Source of the DNA: Blastocystis sp. Blastoise
Lineage: Eukaryota > Protista > Bigyra: Opalinata
NCBI GenBank assembly: GCA_039096225.1
Contig: JBBPEB010000005.1
Coordinates: 992,001-1,056,000, forward strand
Direction of reading: 5' to 3'
Length of the DNA stretch: 64,000 nucleotides
Part shown: positions 21,511 to 40,528 of the stretch, piece by piece
How positions within the stretch are numbered: the first letter of the stretch is position 1
How the letters are laid out: each line of letters starts with the position of its first letter
The notes under the pieces: generated by a model
Told to the model about the DNA's origin: nothing
The model's database searches: none
Seen by the model: only the letters and a program-made list of their open reading frames with translations
Program-made: the position numbers and the translations under genes

Positions 21511-24500
21511 ATGGTTAAAAAAACAATGAAACAATCTAATAATCATAAAGTGAAAAGAAAAGAAAAGAAGAAGTCTTCATCTACTAAGAAAAGTGAGAAT
21601 GTTAGAACGAGAATCTACAAAATGAATCCAATAAGTCGTTTAACAAAAATAAAATTATCATCCAGTATGAATGAAGAAGAAAAGAAATGTTTCATATCAA
21701 AGAATAATAATCTTCGTTGTATTTATTGTAATTGTATTGTAGATCATAAAAGATTATCTTCTATTAATAAACATCTCAATACTGATATGCATATTTCTAA
21801 TATGAATTCATTCATGAAAGAAAAGTCTGCTACTGTATCTTCTGTAAAGAAAACTAATACTAAAAATAGAATTATTGAATCTAATGTGAATTATATAAGA
21901 TTTGAAAAATTAATAGAATTATTTTTAGAAGAATGTATTCCTATTAATAAATTCAAGAAACCTCAATTTAGAATGAAATTGAAAAATATATTTGAAATGA
22001 ATAATAATAATATGCCATGTTATAATACTATTCAAAAACGAATTATACCTAAATTATATGATGAACGTATTCAATATGTAAAAATGAATTTAGATAAATG
22101 TTCTCTAGCTGTTCTATGTGATTCTTCTACCTCAGATGCTGGTTCTAATTATTTATCAATAATCGTAAGAAGATTGAATTCTTTCAATTTGAATGAACCT
22201 TTCTACTTAATAAACTTGAAACGAATGGAAAATCAAAAATCTAATAATTATCTTTCTATCATTCAAGATACATTAGAAGAATGGAATATTAGAAGAAAAC
22301 AGTTTAATCGTTTCATACAGATAACTGTAATACTATGCGAATAGAGCGGTTCAAAAGTTGCGACAAATCGAGTTGCGACAAATTTCACAACTTGTCGCAA
22401 CTTGTCGCAATTTGTCGCAACTTTTTTAACCATTAATAATGGCGAGAGTACCGCGATTATTTTATTAATTTGGCAATTAAAAAAGACTTGTTTAAAAAAT
22501 GAATTCAGTGTCGCAATTTGTCACAACTTTGTCACAACTTTTCATTTAAACATATATTCAATTAATATTTTATATAATAGAATATTTCATTATATAAATA
22601 AAGTAGTAACAAATATATATACCAAATTTCATTTTATAAAAATGAAAAGATCATATGAAATGAATTAGAGTAAGAATTCAAAATATTTTGAATAATTTTT
22701 TTACAGTCAAAAATTTGATTTATTTACGGGATAAAACCATTTTTGACTCATTTTTGAAATTACATTTTTTAATCAAAATTCAAATGAATTTCAATTTTAT
22801 TTTCTTTGCATTATTTATCCATTTTCAATTGAAATCATAGTTTGTATTATTTATAGCATTTAATAATGTGAATGATTTCATTAATACATTGATTTTAGAT
22901 CTTTTTGAAATGATTTATTTTTTATCAACTCATTTTATCATCTAATTAAGCATATTATATTTATAATTGACTATTAATTATCATATAGATACATATTTAT
23001 ATCATAATGATTCATTATATGATGTTTAATGAAGAATGTTAAAAATTGAATTTTGATGAAATTCAATAATTTGAATATATATGTATTCAATATCTTATTA
23101 AAGACTCATACGAAAGAAATGAATCAATTTTTTAAATATTATATGCTTAATGAGCTCATTTTGTCTTCAATGAAGCTTTTATGACATTCAATTCTTCACT
23201 TTTTATATTTAATAACATTATTTTGATAATATAAAAATAATATCATACTTTAAAAATCGTTAAAAGAATTAAAAAATGATTAAAATAAGTATATTTATCT
23301 AATGAATTTTTCTTATGAATTTCAAAAATTTCAATTTTTAGTGTTTAAAACGCTTATTTTGTGTATTAAACTTATTTTTAATTTATTTAAAAATTATTTA
23401 TGTAATCATCATGTAAATATCTTTATAATTATATATTTAAATATATTTTATAATAAATATATGACTTACAAATGAGATATAAAAAGTGTCACAACTGTCT
23501 TAACTTGTCGCAACTTTTCTCACAACTTTTGAACCGCTCTATCTATGACATTCAATTTTTCACTTTTTATATTTAATAACATTATTCTTATAATATAAAA
23601 ATAATATAATATTTTAAAAATCGTTAAAAGATTGTTAAAATGATTAAAATAACGATATTTATAGAATAAATTTGACTTTAAAAAATCAATTTTTAGTGTT
23701 TAAAACGCTTATTAAGAGTGTTAAACTTATTTTTAATTTATTTAAAAATTATTTATGTAATCATCATGTAAATCTCTCTATAATTATATATATAAATTTA
23801 TTATATAATAAATATATGGCTTACAAATGAGATATAAAAAGTGTCGCAACTTGTCGCAACTTGTCACAACTTTGTCGCAACTTGTCGCAACTTTTGTCGC
23901 AACTTTTGAACCGCTCTAATGCATATGATTAATTTAGTAGCTGAGAAACTAAAAGATGGTTTTATTAATACTAAATCATTTATTAATCTCATTAATTCAT
24001 CATTTCGTTTCTTTAGAAAGAAAAATGATTTATGGTTATCCTTTTTAAAGATAAATAATCTTCCTTCGTCTTCTTTCTTTTCTTATTTAAAGAAACACGA
24101 TGGATATCTTGGTATAAATCATTAAGATATATTTTGAAACATTTTAAATATTTGAAATCATTCTATGAATATTTAGAAACATTGGATATGTTAAGTGAAA
24201 AAGATAAAGAAATATTGAATATTCTTCAAGATAATCAATTATCTTCTTCTTTACAAATCAAAATATCGATTCTCTTGAAGAGTGGAATAATGTTTGAAGA
24301 AATATTAAAATTATTATCCAATGATAATTTTCAATGTTGTAATGTTTCTAGTTTGATAGATGAAATTGAAGAAGAATTGAAGAATTCAAAAGATAATATA
24401 ATTATGATAGTGAATGAAATATGTGAAGAAAATAATTTATCAAATGTTCAATCTTCATTTATTCAAGAATATAAGAAAAGTATATTTATTATTTATTATT

Positions 24501-25199
24501 ATTTTATATTATATATGTTTTACGAATACATTATTAAAATTGAAAGAAATCAAAACAATGAATAAGAAACAAATGATATTTTATAATGAAAATCCTTTCT
24601 TGATGTCTTCTTCATTTCCTTCTTTCACTTCATCTGAATTTTTAGATATAGAAAAGAAAGATTATTTATTATGTGTTTCAAAATTGAAAGATTTTATAGA
24701 TAATGAGAAGAAATAAAATGAATGTTTTCCTCAAAATATGATAAGTAAAGAACAAATGATAAAATTATATTTTCCTATTCTTAAACAAATTCCTTCTATT
24801 TCTAAAATAATTACTTTCATTCTTCAATTACCTTCTACTACTGTTAGTGTAGAAAGATATTTCTCTTTTATGAATATTTTATTTACAAAGAAGAAATTTG
24901 GTTATTCTGATGAAAATTTGTTTAGAGATTTATTTTTCTATATGAATTCACAAACAGATACTATTTCAATTCAAAATGATTCAATGATTATTGAAGATGA
25001 AATAGATACTACAATTAATGATTCTTCAATAACAATTATAGATGATAATGAAATATTATCAAATGAAAATGAAAATGAAGAAAAAAATACAAATTTCAAT
25101 TCAAATAGTGTTTTATCTGATTCTCTTGATGATATTTTATCAATTTCTTTTGATAATTTATCTACTTTCAGTAATGTTTCAGAGATCAATCTTGATTAA
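21511..25199 (+). pseudogene. hAT transposase (CGGBP1-like zinc finger), disrupted
   Basis: N-terminal CIYCNCIVDHKRLSSINKHLNTDMH finger, catalytic and dimerisation motifs. Interrupted at 22342-23918, with frameshifts and a stop at 24714. Confidence 0.85.
22342..23918 (+). mobile_element. Non-autonomous hAT derivative with one left end and two tandem right ends
   Basis: TIR at 22342 and reverse TIRs ending at 23541 and 23918. The ~350-bp right-end segment is duplicated. No coding capacity. Confidence 0.85.
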
Positions 25200-25449
25200 A
25201 TTTTTTCTTAATTAATTCATAATTTGTTTTTTTATATGTTTTATTTATGTTTTCTTTATTAAAAATTTGTTTTGTTTATCAAGGAAAAAATGTTTAAAAA
25301 GTGTCGCAACTTGTTGCAACTTTTGTCGCAATTTTTGTCACAACTTTTGAACCACTCTAATTTGGTTTAAACTAATGAAAATCTATTTCGTTATTTAATC
25401 TTTTATATTAATCTAAAAATATATAATATTGCTTGAAACTAATTCAATT

Positions 25450-25700
25450 ATTTTAGAAGAAATAGATGATAGAAAAATATTTTTTACAAATAACAGTTGT
25501 AAATGATGAATTATTATCAAATGAATAAAACAGTATATGATTATAATTTCAACTCAAATATTTTTTTATGATTATTATTATATTATTATATCAATTTCTT
25601 TAGATGATTCATCTACTTGATAATATTGTCTCAGATATTAATCTTGATTAATTAATCATTTTTAAATTCATAGTTATTGTTTTATTATGTTTTTTAACAC
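25450..25700 (+). pseudogene. Degenerate remnant of a related hAT 3' end
   Basis: Decayed similarity to ~24990-25240 (GAAATAGAT, TTATCAAATGAA, AATTTCAA, AATCTTGATTAA). Confidence 0.55.
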
Positions 25701-26179
25701 TTAACTTTAAAAATTTATGTATTTAAAAAAACGAAAAAATGGTTATGGCAATATTTCTGTTCTGGAATTAAGATGAGTAGTTATGGTCAAATAAATGTGA
25801 TTTAACAGTTCTTATGCAAAAATTCTAAAAAATGTTGCACTAGATATTCAGAAACTTTATGGATAACCATTGAAATATTAATTATGTTCTATGTGATATT
25901 TTGAAGACTAAAAACATTATATTGTGTCAATCACATTTTTATCAATTACATAATGATTATTTTAAAAAATTATTATTTGAAAGAACAATTTAAGAAAAAT
26001 AATATGGTTATCATGTGAGTACAAGTCATTTTAACAAAAATAAATGGTCAAAATCAATTTTTTAAATGATAACAAAGAAATAATTTGTTGTTAAAACATC
26101 ATAATAGAAGGATAATACCATTTAATAGTAATAATATATATAAATATGTTTTTTAAGTACTACATGGAAATATCGCTTT

Positions 26180-29100
26180 TTATTTATAATAACCGTAATT
26201 AAAGAGATATGATTTCTCAGAGATTTGTCTCTTATTAAGATAAGTATTATCATCACAATTCTGAGAACTATTGGTATTATCATTCGTAGTATCTTCGATA
26301 TTGTCTATATTTCTTTTAATTCCCATGATTATTGTACCTAGTGGTGGAGTATGTACTCGATTTATTATAGGATAAATTCTGGTTTGAGTGTTTCTATTTG
26401 GATTGTCATTTGAGGACAAGGTAGAATAACTCAATTCATGTAGAGACGATACATGATGATATATATGACGTCTGTTGGATATATGTTCATGTTTAGTATA
26501 AACAGTATATATCAATTGATTGATTTGAACTAATTGCGTTTTATCTATTGATTGTCGAACTTTATCAATCAATTTATGGCTACATTTTACTATATATATA
26601 ATTAATATATAATTAAAGCATATTTATGTTGATAGAAGACTAAATACTCTTTATTTTTAATTGAGATAATTGAGGTAAATATTCTGATGTTAAATAAGTG
26701 ATGAAACGTTTGAAAACTTTAAGTTTAATAGTTGTGTCTGTGATAAATGTTATATATATAAGATAATATAAAAAATATATATATACATTCAATATTAATA
26801 CTGGTTAGATGTGTTAACTTCTTTTGTTTGATTCTTTTGATAAGATATTTTATTCCTTCTTTTGGAATGACAGTTATATCTTTATCTATAACAATGAAAT
26901 ATGTACTAAAGTGGGTATAATAAAAATAGTAAGAAACAAAATAATATGAATAAAATGTATATAGACAAAGAATGATATATATTATTAAATAATATATATA
27001 TACATTCATCATAGAATGTATCAATATCAACAAGAGAAAGAGATGTAGAGAGAATTATATGATTACTAAAGAGATCGATATATCTTTTAAAGTCTTTGAC
27101 AGTAAAGCTTATACCTTGAGAAATAATAGTAGAAATAATATACATGAAAACATACCAAGATAATAAAGTTCTTTCAAAGAAGATAATAAATCATTTTTTA
27201 GTTTTTATGAAATCCAAAGAGAAACATGTTATAATAAGGTTTTGCATTTACATCAAAATTGTCGACATAGAATCGTTGAATATGCTTGAAAAGACCTTGG
27301 GTAATGATAGAATAAAGGGATTTCTTGCAATTTTTATCAAATTGGCATTCTTTGGAAACGAAAATAAAAATGATTTATATATATAGATACGTGTGAAAGT
27401 GAGTTCTTTGAGTTCAGAACAACTACTGAGAAAAGGAATTAACAATAGTTGAAAAGATTCTTTCGTAAAATAAAGATCTATAATGTGACAGATAGAGTAT
27501 ATAAATCGATAATAATGTATATACTTTTGAAAGTAATTGAGTTTAAATGAGGCATATGAAGATGAATGAGAAGATTCTTTTTGTATTTGTTTATATGTAT
27601 ATGATTTTTTGTTGGTATTTGATAGGTGTTACTATCATAGTCGATTATAAGTGTCTGAAGGGATGGAAAGGAGAAGGAGAAGAGAGGAGAAGGAGAAGAG
27701 AAGGAAGGAAAGATATGGGTTCAACATCTATTTACATATATATATATATATATATATATATGTTTTCTATAGTTTGGATATATAAATATACATATAACTC
27801 AGTTGAAATTGTCTCAGTTTAGTAAATACAAGTGGAGTAAATAATTCTATCATATCATTAATAGTATTTGAATTAATATTACCTATAGAAGTAAATATTC
27901 ACAAGAAGAGGCAATATACTATTAATGCTTAATTTTTGGATCGTACTTGATATTTTACTGAAGAAGGAGAGAGAGTTCCATCGAATACCTATATTAATAT
28001 AAATATACTTAGGAAAGTAGTGTGTAGTTAGAAAATTTATACATACTAGGAACTGCATATAAATCATAATTGTAGTTATAGTTATAATTACGATCATTAT
28101 AGTCAATAATTAGTTTATCGATTGTATTTATAATTCTTTTGTTGAAGATAGTTTGATAGAACGATAGAACTGGAAGTGGAACATTAATAGGTAGATCTAT
28201 AAATAGGAGTAGTAATATAATAATAAATATATACAATCGATATTAATATATTGTAAATTCGGAAACACTCCATTTATATAGGCATTTATAAAGTCACAAA
28301 TACCATAACTATTCATTCCTATGTATTATATACTATGTCATAACTTTAATAGTATCAAGTATATATGGAAATAAACAGAGAATATATATTATATATACCT
28401 TTTAAATTAATTTCTTCGAAGATTTCTGAGTTTTTTGTACAATTTTTAAAGATTTCAACTTTCAGACAAAGAACTACAATAATATATATATAAATAAAAA
28501 AGAGAATACCTTTATAGAATGATATTTTCTTCATATTTGGAAAACATGTTTTGGTAATACCTGAAATAATCATGGGAATTTGTTCACGTAGATTCTCATT
28601 AATATTTATGTCTATATATATAAAAGAAATAACGAATTGATAGTATAGTATAATTATAATGTAAATATATGATAAATAGTCTGGAAATAATTATTTTGCT
28701 TATATACAATCAAAAGAAAGTGTTTCTACAGTTGTACTATAGAGAGTTGATAATTGTTTCGGAATAGTACTAAGAGAATATGTTTGTAAAGAGTCTAAAT
28801 AGAGTATAATTATTTTTGTAATTATTAAGAGAGATACTATAGGAGAAATGTATGTTTTTGATAGAAGGATAGAAATTATCTCTAAATATACTCAAGTAAT
28901 TTGTTAGAGAATCTGTATTAGCTATATAGGATAATTGAAACTATATAGTAATATGTTTGAGTGATATACAATAATATATCTCTTCAATTGTATCTTTATA
29001 TGGATTATCTAATATCCAATCGACGAAGTATTCGTCATACAATACATATAAGCTATAGTTATAGTATATATATAATAATAAGTAAAATTGGATTACTTCA

Positions 29101-30287
29101 TTTTAGTGATTGAGAAGGATGCTAAAAACAATAATAGAATGTATGTATATATAGAAGAAGATTACTTGAAGAATTATTTTGGATTTTTTTGTAATTAAAA
29201 GCTACTTCATGGACATCGATTTCTTGTGTTTCATAATAATATAAGACTTGATAAAATGATAATAAGTATATACACATATATACTTATATATATACATACA
29301 TCGTATATGAAGAGAAGGAAGATTGGGGAAAATAGTTAAATATTGATTATTAATAACTGTAGTTATATCCAGATCCAGGGTAAAGGTAGCTATATATATG
29401 TATATATATATATATTTAATATTATGAAGAAAATAATTATATAAATATACATTCAATAGAAATAGTAATAAAGTTGAAGAATGAGAAATATCGACTTAAT
29501 TGCTTCAATTCATTTATTTTTGAATCACTTAATTGTCCTAAAGATATTTATAGAAATTCATAATATATAATAATAAATAATAATAATATATACTAATAAT
29601 ATATACTAATAATATATATATAATAAAAAATAAATAATAATAATATATAATAATAATATGTATATAAATAATAATATATAAATAATAATATATAAATAAT
29701 ACTATATAAATAATAATATATAAATAATAATATATAAATAACAATATACCTGATACTATATATACATATTTATCTTGAAAGTTCATGGTATCTACAATTT
29801 TATTCTGATACGTATCGGAGTCACTAGTAGGAGCGCATGAATATACAGGTGTCTTACAATGACATATACTATCCTTTGACTTGGAACAATAATCAAATAT
29901 AGGCTTACTAAGAGTATTCACAGCAACACTAGTTCTCCCATCTCTATCGGGAAATAACGTTAAAAAATCATTCTTTAGAAGAGATACATCAATAGTATCG
30001 TCTAAAGGAGTATCACTAGACTCTCCTTCTATAATAGATATCAATAATTCAGGATAATGAACAGTATAATCAATGTAGATTTCATCGTCTTCTTCTTCTC
30101 CATCAATCTGAATAAAATCATTTAAAATACATTCAGGATGCTTTTCTAGGAACTCATTTGTTACTATACATACATTCTCTTCTTGAAAACAAAAAATATC
30201 TATGGAAATGAATGATTATCGGTTTTATAAGGGTTATATACATTTTTTATTCATATTTGACGTCTTTACTTGATTAAGATTACTCAT
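26180..30287 (-). CDS. Multi-exon protein with BTB/POZ(T1)-like N-terminus and LRR-like repeats
   Basis: N-terminal FLEKHPECILN...EIYIDY pattern and downstream FPNLPSLHI, FPNMKKISF, CSELKELTF and LTHLTSINI segments in GT-AG-bounded exons. Exon structure is approximate. Confidence 0.5.
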
Positions 30288-31114
30288 AGGACTGTATAGT
30301 AAGATAAAACAAAAAACTATGTTGAGAATATTCACTAATACTCAATGATACATCATATTTATTATATACCTATTTAGAATGGTTATATTTATAATATAAT
30401 AAGAAAGCGATATATTTTATTTAAAGCTTTAATTTTAAATGTTTTATCTTTCAAAATCCATATGTTTTAATAATTAGCAACTTCTTTGCAGGTTTTAACT
30501 CTTTTTGACACAAATATTTTTGTTAAATCATATAGCAAAGAGCATTATATATATGTTCACTGTTGTATTCTATTGAAAATAGGGTATAGACATGTTGTAT
30601 AAGTATGTAGAATGCTTACAGCAACTGATTCACATAAAATGACATTTATATCCTTAAAGAAATAACTAAATACATTGCTATGAAATCAAACAATTCATAT
30701 ATGAGTATATACTAAAATAAAAATAATATTAAAAGAATTGATTGCCTGATTCATCAATATTTCCGTAAATGTCATCATTAGTAGGTTTATTTATTGTCAA
30801 GGAATTAGTAGAATAAGTAGTGTATAACCGTATAATCGATTTTGCTTTAAAAAAATAATCAAAGAATAAAATCTTGATGAAAATGATAAGAACAGAAGAT
30901 TCTTTTTATATCTCGAAAATATATTATTAAAAGAATACTGTTCTTTCAAGTCATACATAGAGTCTAATAAACAAAATATCATATTATATATATTATGAGA
31001 ACACTTTAATGTTCACAAATAAACAAAAATGGACAGAAAAAAAAATAATAATAATAATTCAGAGTATGTTACAGAAATACTATTTTAAAATGAGACTGAA
31101 GATGATTATTTCAC

Positions 31115-32200
31115 TCATTGTGTTTTAGTAATTGTGATAGCTATATTATTTGGTGATGAATTCGTTATATCGCTGGTTGGAATCGAATCTTGAGATAGAT
31201 TTGCACTAGAGAGATTACTGGTATTATAGGCGGCTATAGTGTCCACATTGATTTCATTCTTCACACATGCATTCTCTTGGTTGTTGGTATTCTTAGTCTC
31301 CTGCGTGTCTTCTACTCTTGTTGTAGATATCTCAAGAACAGTATCTTCTGATTCTATATAATAATAAATAGTATCATAAAAATATGTAATTATGAATAGA
31401 GTAATAATATCTCTTGGAATATACTGATTGGGTCGACTTTCTCTGCGCAGCGCAAGCTTCCAGGGACAAAGAGGAATAGAAGTAGAGAGAGGAACATAAG
31501 AATGACTATAGAATATAGAGAAGAATGACTAGTATATATATACCATAGAGTAAGCAGGAGGAAATAGACCAGAAGGGGGAGGAGTCATAGAAGGTACCAT
31601 ATACAAGGGGAATAATGACAGATACTGCTTGACCTACTATTGTAGCTATACAAGGGAAAAGGATAAATATATTATGAATATATATTTATATGTATATGTA
31701 TATATTTACACATGGAAAGAGCTTTTCCTTGAGATTCAGGTGGACATTGAACCTATATATATATATATATATATAATGATTAATAGAGAATCCATACAGA
31801 AAGTACAATGACGCAGAGAGGGTTAACAAATGAATATCCCGCGAAAGTGATGAATCCTGAAAGAACGGCGTACCAAGGAGATGGCGGGAAAACAGCCAGA
31901 ATAAGACCGAAAACTGGAAATAGGAGAAAGAAATAGTAAATAGAAATAAGTGTATTAAAACAAAGGTATATAATATATATAAATATATACACATGACAAT
32001 AGATCCAAACATAGCAAGATATACTATAGATAGAAGAGTAAGTATAGAAGAATAAGATATATGTATATATATACCGACACTATAATGTTTCTTTTCAATG
32101 AGTGATGGGAGAATGAACGCCTGTACAATGACGCAGGACACGCCGATAGAACATACACATAAACTACAGAGAGAGAACAAATAAAGATGAATTCGTATTA

Positions 32201-32286
<86 letters not shown>

Positions 32287-32688
32287 AATACCTGACATGA
32301 AGATTTGTTGCTTGTACTGTGGTTATTATATATAAACTATAACTATACATATAAATAGATACATTACTCTCAACTATATTAATATACATACAAAGTTGAC
32401 AAAACAACAGCAATACACTCATTGAAGAACCGCATAAGTAGCCAAAAGAGCTATATATATATATATAAGAATAAATCTTATAAATCTATTTTATTTACCA
32501 TAAAAATATTCCAATGAACTTTTGTGGATTCTTTCTTTTTATTAGGATCTATATAAATAATAATAATATATATTATGAATTGAATGTAAATATAATATAT
32601 ATATATCTACTTTTAGAACTCATTGAATATAATTCTCCTTTTATTATATCCATCTCCTTACTTTCCTCTTCACCTATATATATATATA

Positions 32689-32735
<47 letters not shown>

Positions 32736-33487
32736 TATTATATATACTAAGTCCTGTTTTCTTTTGTAGAGAGCGTAACTTGTTTTTTAATTCTGATTTC
32801 TTTAATACTATTGCATTTGTTTCTTTTAATACAAAAATAGCAGCGATAAATATAACTAGTGCAAGACCACTTGAAAACCAACTATATATATATAGTGAGA
32901 ATATATAACAATAAGTATCTATTTATATAAATATACAAAGGACTTTTTAAGAGAATACTTCCTAATGCGCCACCAATAGCTGGACAAACTAAATAGGACA
33001 CAGAAGCTATTCCAAGAAGAACACTAAAGAATTTTCCTCGTTTTTCAGGAGGATACATATCAGCAATTGACGCTTGACCAATTGTCAAACTACCAGCGAA
33101 AAATCCAGTCAATGCTCTAAGTATATTCATTATTATCATATTAGTCGAAAATGACTGAAGTAAAGGACCTAAATATATAGAAATCATTGGAAATATAAAT
33201 ATACCAATAAATGATCCAAGTAAGGATAACAACAAAAATGGACGTCTACCATATTTATCTGAAAGAGGAGCCATGAAATAGATACCTAATAAACTAATAA
33301 AAATCAAATGAGCTCAAAAAATACTTATTATTTGAGTCAAAGAGTATGTTGTGTAGAATAAACCCATATCAATTCCTGATCCACCAAGTTCTTCAAGAAT
33401 AAAAGGCATAACTGGTAATAGAAGTGTACATCCGAACGAATCAATTGTCGCTGTAGCAATAACAATAAATAATTGAGTAGAAAACAT
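31115..33487 (-). CDS. MFS transporter (TetA/DHA1-like, multi-exon)
   Basis: Motif A LSDKYGRRPFLL, RALTGFFAG, ASIADMYPPEKRG and PAIGGAL, with multiple TM helices. Confidence 0.9.
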
Positions 33488-34678
33488 ATTAACGAATTCT
33501 TAAGACTAGTGTAGTTATTATTTGAAGAGGGACAACATTTTATAATCATTTTAGTATTGTTTTTAGTATTTGGGAAGAATGTACTAAAAAGGATACTGAA
33601 TAGTTTGTCAAGTTTCTTTTTTTAACAGATAACTTTCCAACCCTTTCATCATAAATAATAAAAGCAAGGACTTATATGTCTATTTTAAAGATTAATCTAA
33701 TTATACAGTCCTGTTAGAAAAAGCCAAAATAATAAATTTACTGATTTGCTTCAGTAGTATTTTGATTTTATTAAATCATCACTTTAACCATGGTGAGTTC
33801 GAATAAACGATCTATTGTCATTCATCTTAGAATATAGATAAGTTGAAGAAACCATTAGTTCATATTTTGTGGCTTCTTTTTGTGAAATACTAGTAAATCT
33901 CTGAAAATAATTGAAGATTAAATCTTTTTTTATGATAAATATCAGAACTATCATAGATATCAAAATAAAATATAATGAAATTTTATTAATTATTGATTAT
34001 ATGTTGTGAATTGATCTCAAAGAATTTAAAAGATAAAAAAGCATAATATTTGATAATTAGACAGAAAGGAAGCACTACTCTATACACACATCAATAGGTC
34101 AAGTTATCATTATTATCTAAGCGATCTTTATGATTGTGTAGAAATTCTTTATATATATATTCATATAATACTTGTTTTCAATTATTATAAAAACTGTTCT
34201 ATTCGACTAGGTATAATTCAGATATAAATTTGGAATTTTTATTTATTCTATTTGAATTATTAACTATATAAATGTCTACAGAATGATTTATTTCCATTTC
34301 AAGTACATTTTCAGTTAACATGATACTCTATATCTCGTTGTGTATATATATAACTGGATGAATTCTTATTATTTTCATGTCAATTAGTAGTTGCTCATGT
34401 TTATATTAATAGAGACTAGAATTCTTGTTATTCTTTATGATATATATACAATTAATACCATTCTACTTGTATTGCTATTTTCGTAATTCGATTTGAATTA
34501 ACATTAAAATAAGATATAATTAAAACGAGTTAAACAAACAAAAAAAAATAAAAGAAAACGTATAAACATAAGAACATCAAATAAAAATGTATATATAAGA
34601 ATTATATATATATATATATATAAAAGAATAGAGATATAAAGACATAAGAGTATATATAAGTAGGTATATAGATGCCAA

Positions 34679-38634
<3,956 letters not shown>

Positions 38635-40208
38635 TTTCCTAAATTATGAGCTAAATAAGAACATATATTAGTTGATAATTATTATTTAACTATTTAATAA
38701 TAAATAAAGATATACAAACCTTGGAAAGCGATAAAGTCTTTTTTGACTGTTCTCTTTTCATACCATAAAAAGGTGAATAAAATTATCCAGCCATTTTTTT
38801 GTGATTCCCATAATTTTTGTAATAATGTTTTAAAACTCATGTATCATTATTGTTCATATCAATAAAATATATTATATCCTGCTATTCGTATAGAATACAT
38901 ATATATATTTAATATGTACCATTTTTATTGTTTTATCTAAAATGATAATTACCATTTTTTTATTATATTTGATACAAAAGGAACGCTATATATATAGAAA
39001 GAATGCTATAAGCAATGTGATGTATGGTAAAATATACATGATTCTTGAAACACCTTTCTTCGTGTGAAAATCTTACTTATTTTCAAACGGTGTTTATATT
39101 GAAATAATAAAAAAATAAACTGATTTGAAGAATCCTCAGCATCGCAGATATGAAAAATGAATAGATCATTATAAAGAAAAACTATATTTCTTCTCTTCAA
39201 TCACTCATTTCGTGTCTAACTTTCTTATATGAGTTCTCTTATTAATTCTTATATCACCAATGAATTACTTAGGAATAACAAAATCAAATAAATGTATAAA
39301 TTTCTATCATTAACAAATAAACATAAATATTGTTCTTTGACATTTCATGATTATTCAATATATGTAGGAACAATGATAACCTAATCAATATTTCTTTGAT
39401 ATAATAAGGTTGAGTATTTTTAATTATATCAAAAAGTCAATGTCTTGAAAAAACAGAACAAATAATTTCTGTTAATCTTAATATTTACAGTATTTAAGAA
39501 TTCAATACATTTTCCATCATATATTCGTCAATAAATTTATATTCTTCAAAAAAGAAGACACAATTAAAGAGGTAACCTATTTAATTGATTTTTAAAATAG
39601 TTGTCTATCTTATTCTTTTTATTTTAAATATATTATACTATTTTCCAATAAGAGATATATCTCAATAATCACGTTAAAAAGTGATTTAAAACCATAAGTG
39701 ATGTTTTTTCATGTATTCACTCCTCAATTCATCATTATATATAATTGATAAACTATATACAACCTGAAATACTTATATTTTATATTTAAAAAAGGTTGAA
39801 ATAAAATAAACTTTTAAAATAAATAAAAAAGTCATCTTTATCATCAATTTTTATCGACAACTAGATGAACACAAAACAATAGCCATCCATTCTTAAATCA
39901 CTATTAATAAGATCCAATCAGAAACGATACTTTTTCTAAGAAATTTTTGAACTGCCTCTACTTTTAAAGCAGAGGTTCTTTATATTAAAATCTATAATAC
40001 ATTCAAAAAACACAAAAAACAAGAGTATTTTTTATTGATATCAAACCACTATAAAAAATATAACTGATTTAATATATATAATTCATGATATCCAATAGAA
40101 ACCTAGCTATATTCAGCTAGAAAGAATTTTTTAAAATTTTAAGTTGATGATCTAAGGCATAATTTTTTAATTTAAATATTTTTACTTATCAACAAAATAA
40201 TTATCAAA

Positions 40209-40528
40209 ATGGCTCAAGTTTATACTCTTGATGAAATCATGAATCACAATACAGAAGATGATTTATGGATTATTGCTGATCATAACGTGTATATATCACT
40301 TATTTTTCGTTCTATTTATTTTTAATTTTCCTATATATAATAAAGTATATATTTTTATATGTTTTTAGGTATGATTTAACTTCATTTGCCATGAAACACC
40401 CTGGTGGTATTGATGCTTTATTAGATTATGCTGGTGGTCAATATGATGCCATCGAAGCTTTTGAAGGTCATCCTGAAGAAGCTCAAAAGCTCTTTGAACA
40501 ATACAAAATCGGTATTGTTGACTATTAA
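40209..40528 (+). CDS. Soluble cytochrome b5-domain protein 1 (one intron)
   Basis: HNTEDDLWII...VYDLTSFAMKHPGG...DAIEAFEGH...YKIG; no TM tail. Confidence 0.92.

Larger units (their letters stand above)
20919..25359 (+). mobile_element. hAT transposon, full-length copy A, interrupted by a nested derivative
   Basis: Left TIR at 20919 and right TIR ending at 25359, with TTGTCGCAAC subterminal repeats and an internal transposase. Confidence 0.85.

Noticed and set aside
20964-22668. Repeated ORFs 'MSQFVATFL...' (20964, 22402) and the N-terminus of ORF 19766-20590
   Set aside because: Read-through of hAT subterminal repeats with TTG starts; non-coding element ends.
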